Assembly: GCF_020860125.1 (NCBI RefSeq)
Contig: NZ_JAJBUX010000093.1
Coordinates: forward strand, 3-64,002
DNA: 64,000 nt
Direction: 5' to 3'
DNA from: Cloacibacillus sp.
Lineage (GTDB): Bacteria > Synergistota > Synergistia > Synergistales > Synergistaceae
Part shown: positions 28,508-36,621 of the stretch, piece after piece
How positions within the stretch are numbered: the first letter of the stretch is position 1
Layout: every line of letters starts with the position of its first letter
Notes under the pieces: generated by a model
Told to the model about the DNA's origin: nothing
The model's database searches: none
Seen by the model: the letters and a program-made list of their open reading frames with translations, nothing else
Position numbers and translations under genes: made by a program

Positions 28508-29923
28508 TCATGTAGCTTGCGTTATTGTAGCATCAATTTCTTCTTTTGCATAATCAGCGGCACGCTGCATATCCTCCAGCCGGCGGCAGCGGCGGGCCAT
28601 CAGGTAGGCTGCCGCGGCAGCCATCGCTATATCGGCGGCAGGACCGGCCCAGAGGACGCCGGAGAGGCCGAAATGGCGCGGCAGAAGCACCAGAAGAGGC
28701 GGCAGGAAGATCAGCTGGCGCGTAACGGAGATGAATATGCTGTAAAGCGGCATTCCCTGCGCGGAGAAAAATCCCCCGACGGAGCTCTGCAGCCCGCTGA
28801 GAAAAATCAACATCATAAAGATACGGAAAAAACGGGAGGCAAAGTCGAAATATGCCTCAGTTCCCACGCCGAAGAGCGCGGTTATCTGCCGCGGAAGCAG
28901 CTGGTAGCAGAGGAAGATGCAGAATGATACCGCCAGTACCTGCTTCACAACGATGATGCCGGCCTCCCGTACACGCGCGTAGCTTCCGCGTCCGAAGTTA
29001 TAGCTGACGATAGGCTGCATCCCGTTAGTGAGCCCGGTGACGACGGCGGCGGCCAGTGTGTTCACCTTATTGGCCACACCCGCCGCGGCGAGCGCGGCGT
29101 CGCTGCCGCAGGCCGCGGAGGCGCCATATTTTTTCAGCGCGGCGTTTAGGAATACCTGAACGACAGCCTGCGTGAAAAAGTTGCACATCGGACCCGCGCC
29201 AAGTGCGGCAATGCGAACGTAAAGCCTGAAATCAGGAAGAAAGTCAGCCGCTCTCAGGCGCAGGGTCCTGAAACGCGGCAGATAGAGGATAACCATGGCG
29301 GCGCTCACCGTCTGCGCCAGCGCCGTGGCCCACGCCGCGCCGGCAATTCCCCACGCAAAGACGTTGATGAAGAGCGCGTCGAGCGCAAGGTTCAGCAGCG
29401 TCCCCACCGCAGTGCAGCAGAGAGCGTAATTAGGGCTGCCGTCGGCGCGCACGAGGAAGGGGCCCGCAGCGCCGATCATCGCGCAGACAAAGGCGAACGC
29501 CGTTATCTGCGCGTATGGCGCGGCGTATGGCATTACCGTATCGGTACAGCCGAAGAGACGAAGCAGCGGCACCGTCCGGCAGAGCATCGCCAGCGACACG
29601 GCCATGCCGCAGACTGCCATCATCACAAAACCGCCGGCAACGCCCCGGCGCGCCTGTTCATTATCTCCGCGCCCAAGGGCAAGGTTCATGACGGCGGACG
29701 AACCGACGCCGCACATCAGCGACAGCGCAGTAATGACGGTAACGGCGGGAAAAACCACATTGGCGGCAGCGTTGCCCGCGACGCCGAGCGCGCGGCCGAT
29801 GAATATCTGGTCTACGATGTTGTAGAGCGCGGTGACGAGGCTGGCGGCAAGCGACGGAAGGCAAAAAGCGCGCATCAGCCCGCGCAGCTCTTCGCGCTCC
29901 AGCGCCTCAGCCCCATGTCTCAT
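28508..29923 (-). CDS. MATE family efflux transporter
   Basis: 12-TM-type ORF with a MATE N-terminal pattern 'LPSLAASLVTALYNIVDQIFIGRALG'. Confidence 0.8.
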   Translation of the reverse strand: MRHGAEALEREELRGLMRAFCLPSLAASLVTALYNIVDQIFIGRALGVAGNAAANVVFPAVTVITALSLMCGVGSSAVMNLALGRGDNEQARRGVAGGFVMMAVCGMAVSLAMLCRTVPLLRLFGCTDTVMPYAAPYAQITAFAFVCAMIGAAGPFLVRADGSPNYALCCTAVGTLLNLALDALFINVFAWGIAGAAWATALAQTVSAAMVILYLPRFRTLRLRAADFLPDFRLYVRIAALGAGPMCNFFTQAVVQVFLNAALKKYGASAACGSDAALAAAGVANKVNTLAAAVVTGLTNGMQPIVSYNFGRGSYARVREAGIIVVKQVLAVSFCIFLCYQLLPRQITALFGVGTEAYFDFASRFFRIFMMLIFLSGLQSSVGGFFSAQGMPLYSIFISVTRQLIFLPPLLVLLPRHFGLSGVLWAGPAADIAMAAAAAYLMARRCRRLEDMQRAADYAKEEIDATITQAT

Positions 29924-29926
29924 TTC

Positions 29927-30994
29927 TCAGCCATCCTTCCGCACGGCGGCCGAGACCAACAATCCGCAGGCCTTATCCCGCATTATCTGACGGCGCAGCG
30001 GTTCCGCGTCGATCCGCGCCGCGGCCTCCTCCGGCGCCATCCCGCAGCCGGCGGCGATCTTCGCAATCATTGCCAGCAGATCATCCTCGGAGGCTGTCAG
30101 CCCCTCAGCCTCGGCCACCGCCTCCAGCATAAGGTCACAGCGCGCAAGCTCCTCCGCCTCGGCGCGGCGCTGGGCGCGCCATCTCTTTTCATCAAGCCCG
30201 ACAGATCCCAGCCAGGCGTTGAAAGCCTCAGCCGCAAGCTCTTCCGCCGTCATTTTGCCTTTTGCGGCGGCGCGGCGTTTTAATATTTCATCAAATTTAT
30301 CATCAAAATTGTCCGGCAGTTCTCGATAGCGCTCCGCAAGAGCTCGCATCTGCCCGCCAAGAACCTCGGCTGACGGCGCGCCGTCTGATATCGTCTCCAG
30401 CATCACCTCCAGCGCCTCGGAAGCTATCTGTGCCGGCTGCCGGGAAATCCCCGCCGCAAGATATGTCTCCCGCAGAAGCCAGACGACGTCGGCGAGCAGA
30501 TGATAGACGGCATCCTGTGAAACGTTGAGACGTTCCTGCGCCACCATCGCCTCAAGCCGCCCGTCCGTCATCTCCGGCGTAGGGGCGCCGGTGATCCCTT
30601 TACAGGCCTCTTTAAGCACCGCCATCCGAAATTCATCTTCCCCCGCCTCGGGAGGAAGCGTTATCTGAAGCCCCCTGTAGGCTCCGAGGCGCACCTTTGG
30701 ATAGAGGCCGACTTTCACACTGAAACGCAGGCCTCCGTCCGCCTGAGAAGATATCTCCGTTACCTCAGGCCTGCCCACGGTGCGCAGCCCCTCCGCCGCA
30801 ATAAATTTTCCGTAGGCCGCGGAAATGGCGGCGGCTAAAGCCTCGTCAAACACAGCCTCCGCCTCGCCAGAGGCAGAATTTTGGCCGCGTCCGCCCTCGC
30901 CGGTCATGCCCATCGTGGCGCAAAACTCCTCCGGTTCTATCAGCAGCGCGACGCTCAGCGTGCCGCTCTCCGCCGTTTTCTCAAGAATCCGCAC
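29927..30994 (-). CDS. Trigger-factor-like protein lacking the PPIase domain
   Basis: TF N-domain-like 'LSVALLIEPEEF...FSVKVGLYPKVRLGAYRGLQITLP' runs directly into TF C-domain-like helices ending 'IDAEPLRRQIMRDKACGLLVSAA'. No GFRxGxxP ribosome-binding signature and no FKBP segment. GTG start overlaps the upstream ORF by 14 nt. Confidence 0.55.
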   Translation of the reverse strand: MRILEKTAESGTLSVALLIEPEEFCATMGMTGEGGRGQNSASGEAEAVFDEALAAAISAAYGKFIAAEGLRTVGRPEVTEISSQADGGLRFSVKVGLYPKVRLGAYRGLQITLPPEAGEDEFRMAVLKEACKGITGAPTPEMTDGRLEAMVAQERLNVSQDAVYHLLADVVWLLRETYLAAGISRQPAQIASEALEVMLETISDGAPSAEVLGGQMRALAERYRELPDNFDDKFDEILKRRAAAKGKMTAEELAAEAFNAWLGSVGLDEKRWRAQRRAEAEELARCDLMLEAVAEAEGLTASEDDLLAMIAKIAAGCGMAPEEAAARIDAEPLRRQIMRDKACGLLVSAAVRKDG

Positions 30995-31463
30995 GACTCT
31001 CCGCCCTCCACGTCTCCGGCATGATCACCTCTACCGGACTGCCAAGCTTCCATTCCAGATAATCCGCATGCCCTCCGTCAAGCTCCTCAAGCTCCTCTTC
31101 TGCACAGGGAAGCCCCTCCGCCAGCCGGCTCCGGAGTTTGGCAAGCAAAGACAGACGTTCCGAATCGCGAGGATACATTTGGAAGAAGGCCAGATAACTG
31201 TATGTACGCAGACGCTCCACACGCATCTCAAAATGAGGCAGCGCCGCCAGCTCGTCAAGGCTGAGCTCGTAGGGATCGGCTGGCAGGATATCCCCCTCCG
31301 CGCCGCAATGAAAATAATATGTTTTTTCTTCCCGAGGTTCCCAATATTCGGCACCGATTATCCGCTGCAGCCGCCCGTGTTCCGCCCGGATAAAGGCGCG
31401 GCGCTCCTCGTCTATCATCGTCAAATATTTTTCCGCCGTTTTCTCATGGATGTCGCCCATCAT
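30981..31463 (-). CDS. Hypothetical 160-aa acidic protein
   Basis: ORF preceded by AGGAGGGG (overlapping the stop of the ATPase gene) plus a 4-nt spacer. No recognisable motif. Coding assumed from operon context and the SD. Confidence 0.5.
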   Translation of the reverse strand: MMGDIHEKTAEKYLTMIDEERRAFIRAEHGRLQRIIGAEYWEPREEKTYYFHCGAEGDILPADPYELSLDELAALPHFEMRVERLRTYSYLAFFQMYPRDSERLSLLAKLRSRLAEGLPCAEEELEELDGGHADYLEWKLGSPVEVIMPETWRAESRADS

Positions 31464-31473
31464 CTATCCCCTC

Positions 31474-32991
31474 CTATATCGTCCAGTCAAGTTTATTGAC
31501 ACGGTCAAGCAGCGCCTGATCCCTTTCCTGGAAACACAGCGCCTTGTTGTGCAGATAATATTTATCACAGCCGTAGTGACCGATAAAGCGCGCGCTGTAA
31601 TAACCCGCCGTCAGTTCCGTAACGAAGAGCAGCATCTCGTCGCCCTCCGCGAAGGCGCGTCCGCAAAAGTCGAATACATTGTCCAACGCCGTGCGGACCG
31701 CAGCCGCCTCCTCCCTGAGCTTCGCCACTGACGACGCGTATCTTTCCTTGATCAGCGCAAAGGCCGCGCCGCCCTCCGCCGCTCCGCTTTTGACGATAAG
31801 GGCGCGGTATTCCTCAAGAGCGGCGATAACGCGCATCAGCGCCTGTCGCTTTGCCGCCGAAAGCGAAGATGCCCGCCTTCCCCTTTCAAGCTCCTCGCGC
31901 AGCCCGGAGATCCGCCGCTCCATTATCTCCTCGGCGCCGCCCTCCTCCTGCGCCAATCGGCCGCGCAGCCTCTTCAGCTCGGAGGTCAGCAGCTCAAGCA
32001 TATCCTCGCTTCCGCAGACGCCGCGCATCTCCACCGTCACCGCGTCGCAGAGCAGCCCCAGCAGGGAAATTCTCTCGTCAAACTTCGCCTGCCTCGCACG
32101 GAAGAGCACCGATTCTTCCGCCGTGCCGGCCAAGATCGCCTCGATCTGATAGTCGCTGCGATATTTGTTGAACAGGTCGTAGTAGATGGCGAAGTCTTTC
32201 GCGATCCGCGGTTCCTGCAAATACTGGCCGATGAGCTTTTCATCGACGGCCAGCCCGTTTTCCTCACAAAGGCGCATCATCTCCGAGAGGTCGTCCCAGC
32301 CGCGCGCAGTGACAAAACGCTTGCCCTCGGCGGTGCTCTCGACTTTGTAGAAATCTTTTCTGCGCGCCGCGATATAGGTCGTGACGGCGGGATGGACGCC
32401 CTTTTTCTCCGCGTAGGCCTTCCATACCTCGTAATCCGGCTCAACGTCGATGCGCTTGAGCCGGTCCCAGGTCACGATGTCGAAATCGCGCACCGATTTG
32501 TTGTACTCGGGCGGATTGCCGGCGGTGACGACGATCCAGCCGGCGGGAATGCGGTGCTGCCCAAATACCTTGTATTGCAGAAACTGGAGCATACAGGGGG
32601 CGAGCGTCTCCGAGACACAGTTGATCTCGTCGAGAAATAGGATGCCCTCCCTCACCCCCGTCTCCTCCATCAGACGGTAGACCGATCCGATTATCTCGCT
32701 CATCGTGTATTCCGATACCTGGTATTTCTCTCCGCCGAATTCCCGCGTCGTGATATATGGCAGCCCCAGCGCGCTCTGCCGTGTATGGTGGGTCATCGAA
32801 TAGGAGACAAGCCCGACGCCAAGCTCGGCGGCGATCTGCTCCATAACGGCAGTCTTGCCGACGCCCGGCGGCCCGATCATGAATATGGGGCGTTGCTTTT
32901 CCGCCGGTATGCGGTAGGCTCCGAATTCATCCCTGGTAAAATAGGCGGTCATCGCGTTCTTTATCTGTTCTTTAGCCTCTGCTATGTTCAA
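31474..32991 (-). CDS. MoxR/AAA_5-type AAA+ ATPase with coiled-coil C-terminal extension
   Basis: Walker A 'GPPGVGKT', Walker B 'ILFLDEIN' and sensor-1-like 'VVTAGNPPEYN'. About 230 aa of Arg/Glu/Ala-rich helical C-terminus. TTG start lies 7 nt after GGGAGG. Confidence 0.8.
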   Translation of the reverse strand: MNIAEAKEQIKNAMTAYFTRDEFGAYRIPAEKQRPIFMIGPPGVGKTAVMEQIAAELGVGLVSYSMTHHTRQSALGLPYITTREFGGEKYQVSEYTMSEIIGSVYRLMEETGVREGILFLDEINCVSETLAPCMLQFLQYKVFGQHRIPAGWIVVTAGNPPEYNKSVRDFDIVTWDRLKRIDVEPDYEVWKAYAEKKGVHPAVTTYIAARRKDFYKVESTAEGKRFVTARGWDDLSEMMRLCEENGLAVDEKLIGQYLQEPRIAKDFAIYYDLFNKYRSDYQIEAILAGTAEESVLFRARQAKFDERISLLGLLCDAVTVEMRGVCGSEDMLELLTSELKRLRGRLAQEEGGAEEIMERRISGLREELERGRRASSLSAAKRQALMRVIAALEEYRALIVKSGAAEGGAAFALIKERYASSVAKLREEAAAVRTALDNVFDFCGRAFAEGDEMLLFVTELTAGYYSARFIGHYGCDKYYLHNKALCFQERDQALLDRVNKLDWTI

Positions 32992-33016
32992 AAAAATACC
33001 TCCCTGCGATACGTGG

Positions 33017-34957
33017 TCAGCCGTCTAAAGAGTAACCGGCAAAGATATCCTCGCCGGATAATTTGTCGTTTCCGTAGGCCAGCAGCAGCGCGACGATCTC
33101 CATCGCATTTTTTCGCTGCGCACGCTCAAGCGCCGCCCTGTATTCCGCCGCCCGCAGCAACGCGTGGCGCGTGAAATAGGCGGCAGCCTCCGCCAGGCCG
33201 TCGTCAATGGCGGCGGTGATAAGGGGCGCTCTCTCTTCCGCGGCCCAGAGTGCCCAAAGACGCCAGTTCTCGCCGTAATAACGCTCCTCCGCACCGCAGA
33301 AGCCGAGCGCCGCCGCCAGCCGAAGCCGTTCTTCATCAAAAGAAAGCGGCGCAAGTCCGGGAGCCTCCAAAACAAGGAGCGAATCACAGCCTGAAAACGC
33401 CTCGGAACCGACTTGTTTCACCCTCTGCGGGAGGACTGCGCGCCGCAGCTTCGCGCAGCCGGCGAAGGCGCGGCTCCCCACGCGCTCGACGCTCTCAGGC
33501 AGAATAACGGCGCGGCATTCCGCGCAGCCGCAAAAGGCGCCGCCCGCCACGACGCGGACCCCCGTGGGCGGAGATATCTCAAAGGGACTTTCCTGACAGC
33601 CGTAGCATATGCCGTCCACGATCACGAACCCCTCTTTGTCCGCAAGCATACCGCAGCCCTCAAAGATACCGCCGCCAATCTCCGCGATATCCTCGGGCAT
33701 CTCCGCCTCCCGCAAGTTGGGACAGCCGGCAAAGGCCCGCTCGCCTATACTTCTCAGCGAACGGGGCAATTTGATCTTTTCCAAAGTTTGACAATTTGCG
33801 AAGGCCCGCTCGCCTATCTCACTCACGCCCTCAGGGATAACAGCCGCGCGCAGGCTGCGGCAGCCGTAAAAGGCGCAGGCTCCCAGCCGCCGCGGCCCAG
33901 CCTCCAGTGTTAGCTCCGTCAGCAGTTCACAGTCGCGGAAGGCATAGTCGGGAACCTCTTCCACCTTTGCGGGGAGCGCCGCACTCACGACGCTCCGGCA
34001 GCCGTTAAAGGCCCCCTCGCCAATATATTCCAGCGACGGCGGCAGCTTCAGCTCAGAAAGACTGCGTGCGCCGGAAAATGCGCGGCGTTCCAGCCGCCTC
34101 AGACGACCCGGTAGCCGCAGCTGTACGTTTGTGCAGTCACAGAAGGAGTCCACGCCGATCACCTCGACACAGTCGGGCAGCTCAACGCGGCACAAATTGC
34201 CGCACCCGGAAAAGGTGCGCTCGCCAATCGCCGCCAGTTCCCCTCTGAAACTAACCTCCTCAAGATTTCCGCAGCCAAAAAAGGCCCAGCCACCAAGCAT
34301 CTTCAGGCTCGCGGGAAATTCAACGCGGCGCAGGCTGCGGCAGCCGGCGAAGATGCCGTTCTCAATATCTTTCGTGCCTTCCTCAAAGGAGACCTCACAC
34401 AGCCGCGAACAACCTTTAAAACAGTGCCAGCCGATCGTCCTCACACCGGCTGGTATGTGCGCGCGGGAGAGCCCAGTGCAGTCGGCGAAGGCGCGCCAGT
34501 CTATGAGTGAGACGCTCCGCGGAATCGAGAGTTCATCCAGCAGCACGCGCTCCGCGAAGGCGTCCGCCGCGATCATCACCGTTCCCTCCGGGATTTCCGC
34601 GCGGCGCAGATTCCGCCGGGCTTTGACGAGACATCTGCCGATGAAGAGAAAATCTTCGCGCCAGTCCGTCTCATTTTCGCTGTAATATTTATAGTAGGGA
34701 GTGCCGGCAAAGGCATCCCTCCCTATCAGGGAGACACTTTCGGGAGCCGTAACACGCCGCAGATTCACACACCACTGAAAGGCCTCTTTTCTTATCTCCG
34801 TTACGCCGTCCGGAATATAGACCTCATGGAGCGAACGGCAGTCGCGGAAAGCCCCTTCGCCAACGGCGGCCAGCCCCGGCGGCAGCTCGGCGGCATATCC
34901 GTCGCCGAGATACCTGACCAACACGCCCTCTTTTATCTCAAAATCGTCGTTTTTCAT
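33017..34957 (-). CDS. BspA/TpLRR-type leucine-rich-repeat protein, no signal peptide
   Basis: More than 15 tandem ~23-aa repeats of the form 'IPxxVxxIGxxAFxxCxxLxxV'. The N-terminus 'MKNDDFEIKEGVLVRY' is not hydrophobic. Helical C-terminal domain. ATGA overlap with the upstream VWA gene. Confidence 0.8.
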   Translation of the reverse strand: MKNDDFEIKEGVLVRYLGDGYAAELPPGLAAVGEGAFRDCRSLHEVYIPDGVTEIRKEAFQWCVNLRRVTAPESVSLIGRDAFAGTPYYKYYSENETDWREDFLFIGRCLVKARRNLRRAEIPEGTVMIAADAFAERVLLDELSIPRSVSLIDWRAFADCTGLSRAHIPAGVRTIGWHCFKGCSRLCEVSFEEGTKDIENGIFAGCRSLRRVEFPASLKMLGGWAFFGCGNLEEVSFRGELAAIGERTFSGCGNLCRVELPDCVEVIGVDSFCDCTNVQLRLPGRLRRLERRAFSGARSLSELKLPPSLEYIGEGAFNGCRSVVSAALPAKVEEVPDYAFRDCELLTELTLEAGPRRLGACAFYGCRSLRAAVIPEGVSEIGERAFANCQTLEKIKLPRSLRSIGERAFAGCPNLREAEMPEDIAEIGGGIFEGCGMLADKEGFVIVDGICYGCQESPFEISPPTGVRVVAGGAFCGCAECRAVILPESVERVGSRAFAGCAKLRRAVLPQRVKQVGSEAFSGCDSLLVLEAPGLAPLSFDEERLRLAAALGFCGAEERYYGENWRLWALWAAEERAPLITAAIDDGLAEAAAYFTRHALLRAAEYRAALERAQRKNAMEIVALLLAYGNDKLSGEDIFAGYSLDG

Positions 34958-36597
34958 CGCCGATGATTTTCCACTCGCAATTCCTCTATCTCATCCTCGC
35001 CGAGCAGCAGACGCATAGCCCATACGGGAACCTCGGGCGGCCTGCGCCCCTGGTCGATAAAGACGAAGGCCGTCTCATAATCCGGCGGCATCGCGGGAAA
35101 ATCGCCGTAACCGTCGGTAAAATAGATCAGTCCTTTAAAAGCGGTAAATTCATGCCTCTTTATGAGCCCGTCCACATATTCAAATAGCGGCCTGAAATCA
35201 GTGCCTCCAAAACCCTTGAGGGTCATGCCGCCGATATAGGCCTCAAACTCATCCTGGCTTGTAATCTTTGCGTCCTCTTCCACGCGCGCGCCGCACTGGA
35301 TGATGTGCACGTTTACCTTCGTAAAAAAATTTTCCGTCTGCCTGAGGATGTTCCACGTCTTCTCCACAAACTTCTGCACCAGCTCTCCCGCGACGGATTC
35401 CGAGGTGTCGAGCGCGATGACGAATTCACGCACCCGCCGCACCTCTTTGTATTCGAGCGCCTCGATGAGCGGCATCCGCTTATATAAAGAGAGTCCGTAG
35501 GTATAAAAAATGTAGTCAAACTCTTCGTCGTTGACCTCCATATTCTCTCCGGTCACCGCGAAGCGGCGCAGAAAAGCCGCGTAATCACATTTCTCGCGGT
35601 TTATCGCGGCGAGCGTCTGGGTGAGGCCGCCGGCATTTTCACCCCAGCTGTTGGAGACGGTATCCAGGTCCACCTCGATACGGCGCGCTATCTCCCGCCA
35701 CATCTCCTCCGTTTCCTTGGAAGCCATCGCCGGCTCGTGGCTTTTTTCCTCTTCACCGGAGCGGGCGGCGCTGTCGCCGCGCTCGCCGCCGGGCTTTTTT
35801 TCAGCGGCCGTTCCGCCTCCCTGCGCTGATTCCTCCTCCTCCCCGGAGACCGGCGGAGGGAGCTCCTCCCCCTGATCCTCAAGGCTGCCGGAGTTACTCT
35901 TTTCATCATCCTGCGGCACGGCGTTATCCCGCACCTCGCCCCTGCCGGAGCCGGAGGCCAGCTCAGGCAGTTTGTACCATATCTTATGGTCGTCCGCGTA
36001 AAAATCGGCGCGCAGCCGCTCACATTCGATAATGGGAAAGCTCTGCTCACGCAGCCAGCGATAGACGCGCTCTGCCGAGAGATGCGGCAGCTCGCCGCGC
36101 AGTTTGCGTATCAGCCACGCCTGGCGCTCCTCACGCTCACAGTAAAGCGATTTAATGCCAAGGCCGGTGATGACGTTTTCCACCGTGATATCGCAGGCGA
36201 GATCCCAGAGATCGGGATTTACCTTCGCCCCGACGAAAAGATGACGGAAGAGGCAGTGCAGCGTTATATGAAGATAATCCCGCGCCGGTATCCGCCGCCC
36301 CTGTTGAAAGCGGCGGCAGACATGCACGGAATTGTAATAGAGAAGGCGTCCGTCGGTGGCCATCTCGGCCGTGACGGTGTCATTCTCCGGTATGAACTTT
36401 ATAAGGGCCGATTCCAGAAAACGCAGATTGATGAGCAGAGCGTCGCGTGAGAGGCGCAGTATTTCCCGCGCCAGCGCCGCGGCCTCGCGCGCCGTTTCGC
36501 CGAGCCGCCGGCTGCCGTCCGGCGTTGAATAGCCGTGCGCCTTTTTGATCTGAGCGGCGCTGACCTCCCACTCTTTGTTGTCCATCGCTCTCTCCAT
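34954..36597 (-). CDS. VWA-like (DUF2201-type) protein with N-terminal helical putative-peptidase-like domain
   Basis: C-terminal VWA pattern 'FVIALDTSESV', 'GFGGTDFRPLF' and 'LIYFTDGYGDFP'. The N-domain has 'HITLHCLFRH'. About 80 aa of acidic linker. Start is ATG 36597 or 36585. Confidence 0.7.
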   Translation of the reverse strand: MERAMDNKEWEVSAAQIKKAHGYSTPDGSRRLGETAREAAALAREILRLSRDALLINLRFLESALIKFIPENDTVTAEMATDGRLLYYNSVHVCRRFQQGRRIPARDYLHITLHCLFRHLFVGAKVNPDLWDLACDITVENVITGLGIKSLYCEREERQAWLIRKLRGELPHLSAERVYRWLREQSFPIIECERLRADFYADDHKIWYKLPELASGSGRGEVRDNAVPQDDEKSNSGSLEDQGEELPPPVSGEEEESAQGGGTAAEKKPGGERGDSAARSGEEEKSHEPAMASKETEEMWREIARRIEVDLDTVSNSWGENAGGLTQTLAAINREKCDYAAFLRRFAVTGENMEVNDEEFDYIFYTYGLSLYKRMPLIEALEYKEVRRVREFVIALDTSESVAGELVQKFVEKTWNILRQTENFFTKVNVHIIQCGARVEEDAKITSQDEFEAYIGGMTLKGFGGTDFRPLFEYVDGLIKRHEFTAFKGLIYFTDGYGDFPAMPPDYETAFVFIDQGRRPPEVPVWAMRLLLGEDEIEELRVENHRR

Positions 36598-36621
36598 CTC
36601 CTGAAAACCGGCCCCTCCGGT

